From Candidatus Aenigmatarchaeota archaeon (GTDB taxonomy: Archaea; Aenigmatarchaeota; Aenigmatarchaeia; QMZP01): a stretch of 64,000 nucleotides of DNA. The notes beneath the pieces are model-generated. The model ran no database searches and had not been told where the DNA came from. It worked only from the letters and a program-made list of their open reading frames with translations. The position numbers were made by a program, and so were the translations under genes. The stretch is from positions 34,296-98,295 of the forward strand of contig JACQII010000006.1 of assembly GCA_016198585.1 (NCBI GenBank). Direction: 5' to 3'. The stretch's first letter is position 1. Every line of letters begins with the position of its first letter. This document shows positions 34,448 to 44,502 of this stretch, piece by piece.

Positions 34448-36402
34448 GTGGTGAGGAGGGAAGCAAAGGTCTGCCCATATGCCCCGCCAGCGAGGGTGGA
34501 GACCACCCAGTTGGAGCGCACCGACTCGTTGACAAGGGTGGCGCAGTCAGTAGTGCAGGCCACGAAGTCCGGCGCGCACTGGCCCGTGGGCTCGTCTCCC
34601 GGACCGCCAATGCAGAGGAGGGCCTTCTGCAGGAGCTGGTCAGAATCCGGCACATGGACGGTCAGTTCGGCGTCCTGAGGGGGCACCAGGACCGTGGTTG
34701 AGGAGAGCACGATCGTCGGCAGCTTCCCTGGATTGGCCGCTACCAGGGCCGGGTTGGCGACGATGACCTCTGCGCTATATGTCCCTGAAGGGAGGATGGT
34801 CGTGTCCACGGAACTCAGGATGCCCGTCACGTTGCCGAGACAGTCGGCAGCGTTGGCCTCGGTGCACTCCACGTCCTGGCTAGCAGCGGGATCGATGTTG
34901 CTAATCGCCGCGTCCTGGTCGCCGGCGAATGTTGCGAAGACGAACTCCATGTCCACGGGCGAGGCCGCGCAGGTCGGTCCGACCTGCACGAAGTGGAGCG
35001 TCACCGTCGGCTTCTGGTCGAGGGTCAGGGTCGCGCCGTCGAGGCTCGCCGCATCTGTTGCGGCCGTGAGGAACTCGTAGGCTGCGCTCTTGTACACGGC
35101 GACTTCGCCGGATCCGCAGAGGAGGTCGGCCACCACCAGTCCCTGGTCGTTGCTCTCGCCGGCGAAGCAGCCGCCGAAGCTGACCGACGCTCCTTGGACC
35201 GGCAGGCCAAGGCTGTCCACGATCTTGATGGTCGCCAGACACGCGAGGTCATCGCACGGTCCCGGTGCAGCGACAGGGGCGCCGCAGGTGCCAGGTTCCA
35301 TGGACTGGTCGTTCCCCGGGTCGACTATCGAGACCAGCGACGCGACGTTCAGGCGGTGACCAGTGACTTGGTCTTTCACGCTGACGACGACCGGGAAGAG
35401 CAGGTTATACTTCTGGACGTAGCTGATCTCGCAGTTGGGCACTTGAAAAGGAGGGATGAGTGCGAAGTCGACCTCATTGTTCTTGATCATGACCGGTGAG
35501 GAGAAGGAGAACGCGAAGTCATCCGGGAAGTAGAGCCCAGGCGCCAGGTCAGGGTAGGCCGTGCCGCTGACCGTGGGAACAGCAAAGGAGAGGGGCTCGC
35601 CCTTGTCGGTGGACTTGGGCTGCCACCAGGCGGTCGAGGAGAGGGAATGGGCGATCGCCTCCTTGACCGCCGTGGCGAGGAACGCCGGCGACCGGAAGAT
35701 GGTCTTGCCGCACTCGAGGAGGAAACCTGATGTGGGGACCGCAGGTTCCCCATCTGCTGCAGCTTCGGAGAAGTAGAGCGCAGCAAGCGCGTGGTTCTCG
35801 AGGAAGCGGGTCGTCGATGCTTCGGCGGCGAAGTCGCGCGCGAAGCGGGTCACGCGTCCGAACCCCGTGGGCACGGTGAACGTGTAGGGCTGCGGCATCG
35901 CGTAGCCGCCGACTGTGGTCGGGAGCGCGACCTGGAAGTCGATCTTGTCGTCGAAGATCGTCGCATCGACCACGAGCTGGGTCGTGTCGAAGGCGACGTC
36001 CTCGTCAACGGCCAGGGAGCCGAGGGAATCGGCAATCGTCAGCTCGACGCCCCGCTCCAACCAGCCCTCGACCTGGGCTTCCGTAGGAGCGAGGTCGTTC
36101 TCGCATTGCTGCCAGTAGGGGACGCCGACGCCCAGGAAGAGCGTCGCCTCGGGGATCGTGAACGCCTGGTCGGCGAGGATCTGGTCGGTCAGGTAGCCGC
36201 CGTGGAGCTCCATGGTCTCGATGATGTCGTTCGCCGAGGCGGTGGCCGCGCTGAGGAGAGACTCCTTGACCGCCTTCTGCGCCTGGGCGACCGACGAGGG
36301 CACCGGTGACGGAGGGGTCTGGAAGACCGTGGAGAGGATCGCGATGATGGCGAGGACGACGATGCCTGCCACGATGATGATCTCTACCTGCCCGGTCCTC
36401 AT
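34417..36402 (-). CDS. 661-aa surface protein with type-IV-prepilin-like (class III signal peptide-like) N-terminus
   Basis: MRTG|QVEIIIVAGIVVLAIIAILSTVF: short basic leader, G, then Q+1 and a ~22-aa hydrophobic helix (compare haloarchaeal pilin RRG|QVGIGTLIVF...). Followed by beta-rich and Cys-containing domains. First gene of an operon with 31106..34447. Confidence 0.65.
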   Translation of the reverse strand: MRTGQVEIIIVAGIVVLAIIAILSTVFQTPPSPVPSSVAQAQKAVKESLLSAATASANDIIETMELHGGYLTDQILADQAFTIPEATLFLGVGVPYWQQCENDLAPTEAQVEGWLERGVELTIADSLGSLAVDEDVAFDTTQLVVDATIFDDKIDFQVALPTTVGGYAMPQPYTFTVPTGFGRVTRFARDFAAEASTTRFLENHALAALYFSEAAADGEPAVPTSGFLLECGKTIFRSPAFLATAVKEAIAHSLSSTAWWQPKSTDKGEPLSFAVPTVSGTAYPDLAPGLYFPDDFAFSFSSPVMIKNNEVDFALIPPFQVPNCEISYVQKYNLLFPVVVSVKDQVTGHRLNVASLVSIVDPGNDQSMEPGTCGAPVAAPGPCDDLACLATIKIVDSLGLPVQGASVSFGGCFAGESNDQGLVVADLLCGSGEVAVYKSAAYEFLTAATDAASLDGATLTLDQKPTVTLHFVQVGPTCAASPVDMEFVFATFAGDQDAAISNIDPAASQDVECTEANAADCLGNVTGILSSVDTTILPSGTYSAEVIVANPALVAANPGKLPTIVLSSTTVLVPPQDAELTVHVPDSDQLLQKALLCIGGPGDEPTGQCAPDFVACTTDCATLVNESVRSNWVVSTLAGGAYGQTFASLLTTCGLQAVEVA

Positions 36403-36440
36403 ATAAAAGTATACGGCCGCGTATATTAAATACGATCGCC

Positions 36441-39218
36441 ATGCTGACCAAACCCGCGCTGATGCGCGAATTCCAGCAACAGCCAGAAAAGCACTGGAAA
36501 GTCCCGCTCTTCGACCAGGAAGGGTTCTCGCGCAGGGTCTGCGCGCGCTGCGGGAAGCACTTCTGGACGCTCGACCCCGATCGGGTCAGCTGCGCCGATT
36601 CCTCCTGCGAACCCTACGGGTTCATCGGCAAACCCGTCGCAAAGAAGTCCTGGGACTACGTCAAGGCGTGGAAAGAATTTGAGAAGTTCTTCGTCAAGGA
36701 AGGCCACGCCAGCGTCGGCCGCTATCCGGTCGTCGACCGCTGGCGGCCCGACCTCTACTACACCATCGCCTCGATCCAGGACTTCCAGCGGATCGACGCC
36801 GGTTCGGTGGTGATGGAGTTTCCCGCCGACCCGCTGATCGTCCCGCAGGTCTGCCTCCGCTTCTCGGACATCGACAACGTCGGCGTGACCGGCCGCCACC
36901 ACACCTCCTTCATCATGGGCGTCCAACATTCTTTCGGCCGCTACTGGAAAGACCAGTGCATTGACCTGAACTTCCGCTTCCTCACCGAGGTCATGGGCAT
37001 CCCCCCGGCCGAGCTGGTCTACATGGAAGACCTCTGGGCCATGCCCGACTTCAGCCAGTTCGGGCCGTCCCTGGAGACCGTGTCCAGGGGACTGGAATTG
37101 GTGAACTCGGTTTTCTCGCAGTTCACTCGTCGCGGCCAGGGGTTCGCCGAGCTGCCGCAGAAGGTGATCGACGTTGGTTGGGGACATGAGCGGCTGGTCT
37201 GGTTCTCGCAGGGGACGGCGACCGGCTACGATGCCGTCTTCGGGCCGGTCCTGGAAGGGATGCGCAAGTCCTCGGGCCTGAAGGCGCCGCCGCTCTTCGC
37301 CCGGTATGCGGCCCTCGCCGGCCGCATCGACTACGACGAGGCCCGCCATGCGCGCGAGGCCAAGGAGCAGATCGCGCGCGAACTGGGCGTCCCCCTGACC
37401 GAGCTGGCCGCGGCCGTGGAACCGCAGCAGGCCCTCGCGGCCATCGCCGACCATGCCAAGACCCTGCTGTTCGCGGCCGCCGATGGAGGTATCCCCTCGA
37501 ACGTCGGCGGCGGCTACAACCTCCGCGTCATCCTGCGGCGAGCGCTGGCGTTCATCGAGCAGCATCAGCTTCCCTTCACGCTCCCCGAGGTCGCCGCCCG
37601 CCACGCCCGCCACCTGAAGAAGCTCTTCCCTGAACTCGAGGCTGCGCTCCCGCTGCTCGGGCGGATCGTCGAGGTCGAGGCTGACCGCTACCGCAAGACC
37701 CTCCAGAAGGCCGACGCGATCCTGCAGAAGGAACTGGCGCGCGGCGTCACCGACCAGGCCCTGCTGAAGCTCTACACCTCCCACGGCATTGCGCCCCAGA
37801 TGGTCGAGGCCGCGGCTGCCAAGCGCGGCCAATCGGTCCGGGTCCCCGAGGACTTCTACCAGCGGGTTACCGCGCTCCACCTGAGCGGCGAGAAGGTGGA
37901 GAAAGGCCTGGATGTCGACGTCACCGGCTTTCCTGCGACCCGCAAACTCTACTACGAGGACGCGATGAACCAGCAGATGGACGCCCACGTGCTCGGGATG
38001 GTTGGCTCCTGGGCCATCCTCGACCGGACGGTCTTCTATCCGGAGGGCGGCGGCCAGCCCGGCGACGTCGGGACCCTGATGGCTGACGGAGACACCAGAC
38101 CGGTCACGGACACGCAGAAGGTCCAGGACGTCATCCTCCACCAGGTCAGCGGCTCGCTGCCCGTCGGTGCGACGGTTCGCGGCGCCATCGACGGCGAACG
38201 GCGTCAGCAGCTGATGCGCGCCCACGACGCGACCCACATCCTCGTCGGCGCGGCGCGCAAGGTCATCGGGCCGCATGCCTGGCAGGCCGGCGCGCAGAAA
38301 GCCGTCGACGTCTCCCGATTGGACCTCGCCCACTTCCTGCCCTTCACCCGGGAGGAAGTTGCCCAGATCGAGGCCGTGGCCAACGACGTCGTCGCGAAAG
38401 CCCTGCCCATGACGGCCGAGGTCCTGCCGCGCTCCGAGGCCGAAGGCAGGTATGGGTTCGTCATCTACCAGGGAGGCGCGTCCCCGGGCAAGGAAGTCCG
38501 GATCGTCACGATCCCCGGCCACGATGTCGAGGCCTGCGGCGGGACGCACCACCACAACACCCGCGAGGTCGGGCTCATCAAGATCATCCGGACTGAGCGG
38601 ATCCAGGACGGAGTCAACCGCCTGGAGTTCGCTGTCGGCCGCCGGGCAGAAGCGTTCATCAAGGAGATGCAAGACCTCCACGCCGCGGTCACGCGGCTGC
38701 TGGCGCCGCGCGGCATCCCAGGAATCGCGTTCGACCTGGACGATCTGCGCGAGGCCGCAGCGGTCTTCGCCGTGGAGCCGCGCTTCCTGCCCCAGACCGT
38801 GGAGAAGTTCCTCACCGGTACCGATGCGAAGCTGACCGGGGCATCGCTCCATGACGCCTGCGCTTCCCTCTTCGCCGCCTGGAAGTCCGGTGAGAAACAG
38901 CGCGCGCAGAAAGGCCAAGAGCGGTCGAAGACGGTCGCCGCCTCCTTGGTCGGCAAGGGCGACCGGATCAGGGAGGTCGTCTCCGGGACCAGGGAAGACC
39001 TCATCCAGATCGCGGCCGAGATTCTCAAGCAGCGACCGACTGCCACGGTGATCCTCGCCAATCAGGTCGGCGACTTGGTAGGTATGAGCCAATCCGAGGA
39101 CATGAACAAGACCATCCGCGACCTCTGCCACCAAGCCGGGGGGTCGGGCGGCGGGCGGAAGGATTTCGCGCAGGGCAAGGTCGAGATTTCGAAGCTGCAC
39201 AAGCTGCTAGGAAGCTGA
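36441..39218 (+). CDS. alaS: alanyl-tRNA synthetase (archaeal type)
   Basis: 925 aa; N-terminus MLTKPALMREFQQQPEKHWKVPLFDQEGFSRRVCARCGKHFWT with archaeal Zn-binding CxxC, class-II catalytic core, editing domain HxxxH...CGGTH. Confidence 0.9.
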   Translation: MLTKPALMREFQQQPEKHWKVPLFDQEGFSRRVCARCGKHFWTLDPDRVSCADSSCEPYGFIGKPVAKKSWDYVKAWKEFEKFFVKEGHASVGRYPVVDRWRPDLYYTIASIQDFQRIDAGSVVMEFPADPLIVPQVCLRFSDIDNVGVTGRHHTSFIMGVQHSFGRYWKDQCIDLNFRFLTEVMGIPPAELVYMEDLWAMPDFSQFGPSLETVSRGLELVNSVFSQFTRRGQGFAELPQKVIDVGWGHERLVWFSQGTATGYDAVFGPVLEGMRKSSGLKAPPLFARYAALAGRIDYDEARHAREAKEQIARELGVPLTELAAAVEPQQALAAIADHAKTLLFAAADGGIPSNVGGGYNLRVILRRALAFIEQHQLPFTLPEVAARHARHLKKLFPELEAALPLLGRIVEVEADRYRKTLQKADAILQKELARGVTDQALLKLYTSHGIAPQMVEAAAAKRGQSVRVPEDFYQRVTALHLSGEKVEKGLDVDVTGFPATRKLYYEDAMNQQMDAHVLGMVGSWAILDRTVFYPEGGGQPGDVGTLMADGDTRPVTDTQKVQDVILHQVSGSLPVGATVRGAIDGERRQQLMRAHDATHILVGAARKVIGPHAWQAGAQKAVDVSRLDLAHFLPFTREEVAQIEAVANDVVAKALPMTAEVLPRSEAEGRYGFVIYQGGASPGKEVRIVTIPGHDVEACGGTHHHNTREVGLIKIIRTERIQDGVNRLEFAVGRRAEAFIKEMQDLHAAVTRLLAPRGIPGIAFDLDDLREAAAVFAVEPRFLPQTVEKFLTGTDAKLTGASLHDACASLFAAWKSGEKQRAQKGQERSKTVAASLVGKGDRIREVVSGTREDLIQIAAEILKQRPTATVILANQVGDLVGMSQSEDMNKTIRDLCHQAGGSGGGRKDFAQGKVEISKLHKLLGS

Positions 39219-39238
39219 AGGGCAGGAAGCTGGCTCTA

Positions 39239-39796
39239 CTAGGGAGCGGACGTGTTCTCAGAATCGGTTTCGTTCGACGATGCGATCGGCTGCTCGGCCG
39301 GAGGCTCATCCACAACCGCAGGTTCAGTAGCCGGCGGCTGGGTGATGCTCAGGATGACGCAGTCCCGCGGCTGGACCACGGCGAGGCTGCAGAAGAGGGG
39401 GAAGAACTCCTGGGCGTCCTTGTCCGTGAGGTCGACGATCGCGCCGCCGCGGCCAACCAAGTCGAAGGTCGTGAAGCCTTCACCGGTCTCAGTCGCGACC
39501 GATTGCATGATGATGAAGCCGGGGTAGGCGTTCACCAGCGACCGGAGTTGCTGGTCCTTCTCCCTGCAGTCCGTGCAGTCCTTCTGGTAGACCGACCGCG
39601 CGACCACCCGGCCGGCGTTCAGGACGGAGGAGACCTCCTGGGTTCCCAGGAAGCGCTCGACGATCAGGGTCAACTGCGCCTGTTGGGGCGCGGCCGCCGT
39701 GTTGCCGGTGACCCGGAACCCGACCGCGGCGAAGCCGGCGACTGACGTGATCATGATGGCCCCGATCACCGCCGCGAAGATCCGTTCCTTGCGCAT
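39239..39796 (-). CDS. membrane-anchored hypothetical protein
   Basis: N-terminal signal-anchor MRKERIFAAVIGAIMITSVAGFAAV; 185 aa; Pro/Glu-rich C-terminus. Confidence 0.5.
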   Translation of the reverse strand: MRKERIFAAVIGAIMITSVAGFAAVGFRVTGNTAAAPQQAQLTLIVERFLGTQEVSSVLNAGRVVARSVYQKDCTDCREKDQQLRSLVNAYPGFIIMQSVATETGEGFTTFDLVGRGGAIVDLTDKDAQEFFPLFCSLAVVQPRDCVILSITQPPATEPAVVDEPPAEQPIASSNETDSENTSAP

Positions 39797-39858
39797 AACA
39801 TCGATTATTGACGATAGTGGGTCTGCGTATTTAAAAGTTTCGCGGCAAAGGGTAGCCT

Positions 39859-40899
39859 ATGACCTCCCTCGGTATTGTAGGCTACGGCGCATATGTTCCC
39901 CGGTTCCGGATCTCGGTCGAGGAGATCGCCCGGGTCTGGGGCGAGGACGCGGAGACCATCAAGAACGGCTTGGGCGTCCAGGAGAAGAGCGTCCCGGACA
40001 AGGACGAGGATACGATCACGATCGCGGTCGAGGCCGGAAAGAACGCCCTGGCTCGGGCAGGCATCTCCCCCCGCACGGTGGGTGCCCTCTACGTCGGGAG
40101 CGAATCCCATCCCTACGCGGTCAAGCCGTCCGGGACCGTCGTCGGGGAGGCCCTGGACCTGGGGACTGACCTGATGGTCGCGGACTTCGAATTCGCCTGC
40201 AAGGCCGGAACCGCGGCGATGCAGTGCTGCTACGGCCTGGTCAAGGCGGGCGTCATCGACTATGGCCTGGCGATCGGGGCTGATACCTCCCAGGGCCGGC
40301 CGGGCGACATGCTCGAGTACACAGCCTCTGCCGGCGGAGCGGCCTTCGTGATCGGCAAGGACCCGCTCGCTGAGCTGGAGACCACCTGCTCGTACACGAC
40401 GGACACCAGCGACTTCTGGCGGCGCGAAGGGGCTGACTACCCGTCGCACGGAGCCCGGTTTACCGGGAAACCGGCCTACTTCCACCACGTGACCCAGGCA
40501 ACCCAGCTGCTGCTCGGCAAGCTCGGCCTGAAACCGGCGGACTTCACTGCCGCGGTTTTCCACATGCCCAATGGCAAGTTCCCCACGGCTGCGGCTGCAG
40601 GTCTGGGCTTCACGCCCGCCCAGCTGGAGCGGAGCCTGGTCGTCCGCCGGATCGGCAACACCTACTCCGGCTCGTCGCTGCTCGGCCTGACCAACGTCCT
40701 GGACGCGGCGAAGCCTGGCGATCGGATTCTGCTGACGTCGTACGGGTCAGGCGCAGGGTCAGACGCATTCTCGTTCCTGGTCACGGACCGCATCATCGAG
40801 CGCCGCGACAAGGCCCCGGCCACCGAGGCCTACATCCAGGACAAGCAGCATATCGATTACGGGACCTATGTCCGCCTGAGGAGGAAACTGAAGGTATGA
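39859..40899 (+). CDS. hydroxymethylglutaryl-CoA synthase (archaeal type)
   Basis: [28 protein letters not shown]...[11 protein letters not shown] (catalytic Cys)...; 346 aa. First gene of the conserved archaeal HMGCS-thiolase-DUF35 operon. Confidence 0.85.
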   Translation: MTSLGIVGYGAYVPRFRISVEEIARVWGEDAETIKNGLGVQEKSVPDKDEDTITIAVEAGKNALARAGISPRTVGALYVGSESHPYAVKPSGTVVGEALDLGTDLMVADFEFACKAGTAAMQCCYGLVKAGVIDYGLAIGADTSQGRPGDMLEYTASAGGAAFVIGKDPLAELETTCSYTTDTSDFWRREGADYPSHGARFTGKPAYFHHVTQATQLLLGKLGLKPADFTAAVFHMPNGKFPTAAAAGLGFTPAQLERSLVVRRIGNTYSGSSLLGLTNVLDAAKPGDRILLTSYGSGAGSDAFSFLVTDRIIERRDKAPATEAYIQDKQHIDYGTYVRLRRKLKV

Positions 40900-42062
40900 A
40901 CGTCGCGGTCGTCGGTGGCGGCGCCACCAAGATGGGAGAGCACTGGACCCAGTCGCTGCGCGACCTCTCGACCGAGGCCGGAGCCAAGGCTCTGCAGGAC
41001 GCGGGCATCGAGGGCAAGGACATTGAGGCCCTCTTCATCGGGACCATGTCCTCCGGCCGGTTCATCGGCCAGGAGCACCTGGGCGCGCTGGCCGTCGACG
41101 AGGCCGGCCTCACCCCGATCCCTGCGACGAGGTGCGAAGGCGCCTGCGCATCCGGATCGCTGGCGTTCCGCAAGGCCTACCTCGCCATCCGGTCGGGAGA
41201 ATATGACATCGTCATGGCCGCGGGCGGCGAGAAGATGACCGACATCAAGGGTCCGGAAGCGATCTCGGCCCTCATGGGCGCGGGCGACCAGGAATGGGAA
41301 TCGTCGGCAGGACTGACGTTCAGCGGCCTCTACGCCATGATGGCCCGGGCCTACATGAAGCGCTACGGCCTGACCCGCGAGGAGCTCGCCCTGGTCCCGA
41401 TCAAGAACCACTTCCACGGCCTGAAGAACCCGCTCGCGCAGTTCCAGTTCCCGGTCACGGTCAAACAGGTCATGGAGTCCGCGCTCATCGCCGACCCGCT
41501 CCGGCTGCTCGACTGCTCCCCGATCACCGACGGCGCGGCTGCGGTGATCCTGGTTTCTGACCGGGTCGCCAAGCGGTTCAAGAACCCGATGTGGATCCTC
41601 GGCAGCGGCCAGGCCTCCGACACCCTCGCGCTGCACAACCGGAAGAGCCTCACCGAGATCCCCTCCTCGCGCATCGCCGCGGAGAAGGCCTACGCGCAGG
41701 CCGGCGTCAGCCCAGGGAAGATTGACGTCGCCGAAGTCCATGACTGCTTCAGCATCGAGGAGATCCTCGCGTATGAGGACCTGGGGTTCGCCGAACGGGG
41801 GAAGGGCAAGGACCTGCTCGTGAACAAGGAGACCTATGTCGGCGGCCGGCTGCCGGTCAACACCGACGGCGGGCTCAAGCTCGGCCATCCGGTCGGCGCG
41901 ACCGGAATCAAGCAGATCATCGAGATCATGCGGCAGCTCCGCGGCGACGCTTACACCCAGGTCAAGGGAGCGCGCATCGGGCTGGCGCACAACATCGGCG
42001 GCTCTGGCGCGACCGCCCTGGTGCACATCTTCGGCACCGAGCCAGGAGGACGGCATGGTTGA
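40896..42062 (+). CDS. acetyl-CoA C-acetyltransferase (archaeal thiolase)
   Basis: ...[10 protein letters not shown]... active-site Cys region and C-terminal ...NIGGSGA. Overlaps the HMGCS stop by 4 nt. Confidence 0.85.
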   Translation: MNVAVVGGGATKMGEHWTQSLRDLSTEAGAKALQDAGIEGKDIEALFIGTMSSGRFIGQEHLGALAVDEAGLTPIPATRCEGACASGSLAFRKAYLAIRSGEYDIVMAAGGEKMTDIKGPEAISALMGAGDQEWESSAGLTFSGLYAMMARAYMKRYGLTREELALVPIKNHFHGLKNPLAQFQFPVTVKQVMESALIADPLRLLDCSPITDGAAAVILVSDRVAKRFKNPMWILGSGQASDTLALHNRKSLTEIPSSRIAAEKAYAQAGVSPGKIDVAEVHDCFSIEEILAYEDLGFAERGKGKDLLVNKETYVGGRLPVNTDGGLKLGHPVGATGIKQIIEIMRQLRGDAYTQVKGARIGLAHNIGGSGATALVHIFGTEPGGRHG

Positions 42063-42453
42063 ATCCGTCCCGCTCTCCTGGCGGCTGCAGCGCCAGCGGT
42101 ACAACCTGATCGGCACGCGCTGCGCCACCTGCGACGAGCGCTTCTTCCCGCCGCGGAACTTCTGCCCCAGTTGCAGGCGCAAGGGGAAGATCGAGCCGTT
42201 CCAGTTCTCCGGCCGCGGGAGCGTGGAGTCGTTCACTGTCATCCGCGTCGCCCCGAGCGGATTCGAGTCCCAGACCCCGTACGCGGTCGGGATCATCAAG
42301 CTGGATGAAGGCACGAGCATCTCCGGCCAGATCGTCGGCGACGTCACCCGGGTCGAGATGGGGAAGCGCGTGCGGCCCGTGTTCAGGAGAATCCGCGAGG
42401 ACGGCAAGGAAGGCGTCATCCACTACGGCGTGAAGTGGGCGCTAGAAGGATAG
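42055..42453 (+). CDS. DUF35 OB-fold / Zn-ribbon protein (scaffold of the thiolase/HMGCS complex)
   Basis: CATCDERFFPPRNFCPSCRR zinc ribbon then OB fold; overlaps the thiolase 3' end. Confidence 0.8.
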   Translation: MVESVPLSWRLQRQRYNLIGTRCATCDERFFPPRNFCPSCRRKGKIEPFQFSGRGSVESFTVIRVAPSGFESQTPYAVGIIKLDEGTSISGQIVGDVTRVEMGKRVRPVFRRIREDGKEGVIHYGVKWALEG

Positions 42454-42509
42454 GCGACTCATCCCGTTTTTGCGGTCAAGCTTTTAAAGCTGAGCGGCAA
42501 GAGGAGCCT

Positions 42510-43340
42510 ATGAAGAAGCCCGATCCGCTTCCGATGGAGCCTGCGCGACCGGTCGTCAGGGCCCGCCACATCGGTCTCGTCATCGGCGTCATCATTCTCC
42601 TGGTCATCGCCGCGCAGGCGATCGTGATCATCGAGCCCGGGGAGCGGGGCATCCTGCTCCAGTGGGGCCGGGTGACTGGCACCGTGTTCAATGAGGGCCT
42701 CAGTTTCAAGTTCCCGATCGCCGAGACCGTCGACGTGATGGACGTCAAGACGCTCAAGCTGGAGACTGAGGCCTCTGCCGCGTCGAAGGACCTGCAGATC
42801 GTGACCTCCACGATCGCCCTGAACTTCCGCGTCAAGCCGGAGAGCGCCATCTGGCTCCGGCAGAACATCGGCCTCGACTACCAATTCAAGGTGATCGATC
42901 CCGCGATCCAGGAGTCGATCAAGGCCGCGACCGCCCAGTTCACGGCAGAGGAGCTGATCACCAAGCGGCCCGTCGTGCGGGAGCAGATGAAGCTCAACCT
43001 CCAGGAGAAGCTCAGCACGCTCTCCGGGAACAGCATCTTCGTGGAGGACTTCAACATCATCAACTTCGACTTCAGCGACGAGTTCAACCGAGCCATCGAA
43101 TCGAAGGTGACTGCCGAGCAGCTGGCCCTGAAGGCCGAGCGGGACCTCGAGCGGATCAAGACCGAGGCCCAGCAGAAAATCGAGCAGGCCAAGGCAGAGG
43201 CGGAGTCGATCCGGATCCAGTCCGAGGCCCTGAAGGAGAACGCGGACATCCTCCAGCTGCGGTGGATCGAGAAGTGGAACGGCAACCTCCCGCAGTACCT
43301 GGGCAACTCCGAGGGCATTATCCTCAGCCTCCCGAAGTGA
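42510..43340 (+). CDS. SPFH/band-7 (prohibitin/HflK-C-like) membrane protein
   Basis: N-terminal TM (HIGLVIGVIILLVIAAQAIVII), PHB domain, C-terminal coiled coil ...AEQLALKAERDLERIKTEAQQKIEQAKAEAES... Confidence 0.75.
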   Translation: MKKPDPLPMEPARPVVRARHIGLVIGVIILLVIAAQAIVIIEPGERGILLQWGRVTGTVFNEGLSFKFPIAETVDVMDVKTLKLETEASAASKDLQIVTSTIALNFRVKPESAIWLRQNIGLDYQFKVIDPAIQESIKAATAQFTAEELITKRPVVREQMKLNLQEKLSTLSGNSIFVEDFNIINFDFSDEFNRAIESKVTAEQLALKAERDLERIKTEAQQKIEQAKAEAESIRIQSEALKENADILQLRWIEKWNGNLPQYLGNSEGIILSLPK

Positions 43341-43353
43341 GGCCGCTCCTGCG

Positions 43354-44394
43354 CTAGCCGAACACATCCAACGCAGGGAAATCCATGTCCAGCCTGCCCA
43401 GGAACGGGATCCGCTTGATGCGCCGGAACCAGCTGTCGAGGGTGGCATTGTCCATCTTCACGTACATGCCCCGGAACAGCATGCCCGCCCGGATAGTGGT
43501 CCCGATCTTCTTCTTCCACCGCTGGTCATAGCGCTGCAAGAAGGCTGCCGAGAAGTCCTGTTTCGTGAACGCCTCGAAGAGGACGTCGCGCGCGAGGGTG
43601 GCGCAGGTGAACCCGAAGATGATCCCACCGAGCGACCAGGGCTTCACCTGGCCAGCTGCTTCGCCCACGAGGATCGCGCGGTCAAATGCCGTCGGGAAGA
43701 GACCGAGGTTCATGAACGCCGCGCGGCGCTCGTAATCCTTGATCGTGAAGAACGCCTCCAGGTCGCGGTAGTGGACGTTCTTCCCGAGGGCCCCATATTC
43801 AGTCGTGTGGCCGCGGGGGATCTTCCAGAAGAAGCCGTCGCGGATCCTGTCCTTGTCGAAGTATAGGTCGACCTGCGGGTCCAGATTCTTTTCCTGGGTG
43901 ATCGCGATCAGGCCGTTCAGGATCTCCGCGGGCTGGACGCCCAGGTGCTTGCGGACGATGGAAGAAGCCCCATCACAGCCGATCACCACCTTGCCCTCGA
44001 ACGTGCCGGCCGTGGTGGTGACCGTGACCGTCTTCCCGAACGACAGGCCGGTCACGCGCGCCCGCTGCTTCACCGGGCTCTGGACGCGCTTCGCGAGCCA
44101 CGCGGTGAAACGTTCCCGGTCAGCCACGTAGGCCGCGGTCCGGGGCTTCTTCAGCGCGATGACCTCGCCGGAAGGCGCATGCAGGACTGCAGCGCGGACC
44201 TCGTGCTCGACCCACGACCGGTCGATGGGGATGAACTGCTCGAGGTTGGTCGAGTACAGTCCAGAGTCAGCCTTCCGGCCGAAGGCCGCGTTCTTGTCGA
44301 GGACGAGGACGTCCAACCGGGCTTCGAGGAGGTGGGCAAGGTAGAGCCCGATCGGGCCGCCGCCCACGATGATGACGTCGTACATATCCCCCAT
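43354..44394 (-). CDS. geranylgeranyl reductase-family FAD-dependent oxidoreductase
   Basis: MYDVIIVGGGPIGLYLAHLL (GxGxxG FAD fold), ...GCDGASSIVRK..., 346 aa. Confidence 0.75.
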   Translation of the reverse strand: MGDMYDVIIVGGGPIGLYLAHLLEARLDVLVLDKNAAFGRKADSGLYSTNLEQFIPIDRSWVEHEVRAAVLHAPSGEVIALKKPRTAAYVADRERFTAWLAKRVQSPVKQRARVTGLSFGKTVTVTTTAGTFEGKVVIGCDGASSIVRKHLGVQPAEILNGLIAITQEKNLDPQVDLYFDKDRIRDGFFWKIPRGHTTEYGALGKNVHYRDLEAFFTIKDYERRAAFMNLGLFPTAFDRAILVGEAAGQVKPWSLGGIIFGFTCATLARDVLFEAFTKQDFSAAFLQRYDQRWKKKIGTTIRAGMLFRGMYVKMDNATLDSWFRRIKRIPFLGRLDMDFPALDVFG

Positions 44395-44502
44395 TTGCGC
44401 GGCTGGTTAAATACCTTGCAGGCCGCGCAGCGGCAGGGGAAGGCCACGCACTGTCCTGGTGGGCGGTCAAAGCATTAAAAAGACTCGGCTTCTATATGGC
44501 AT

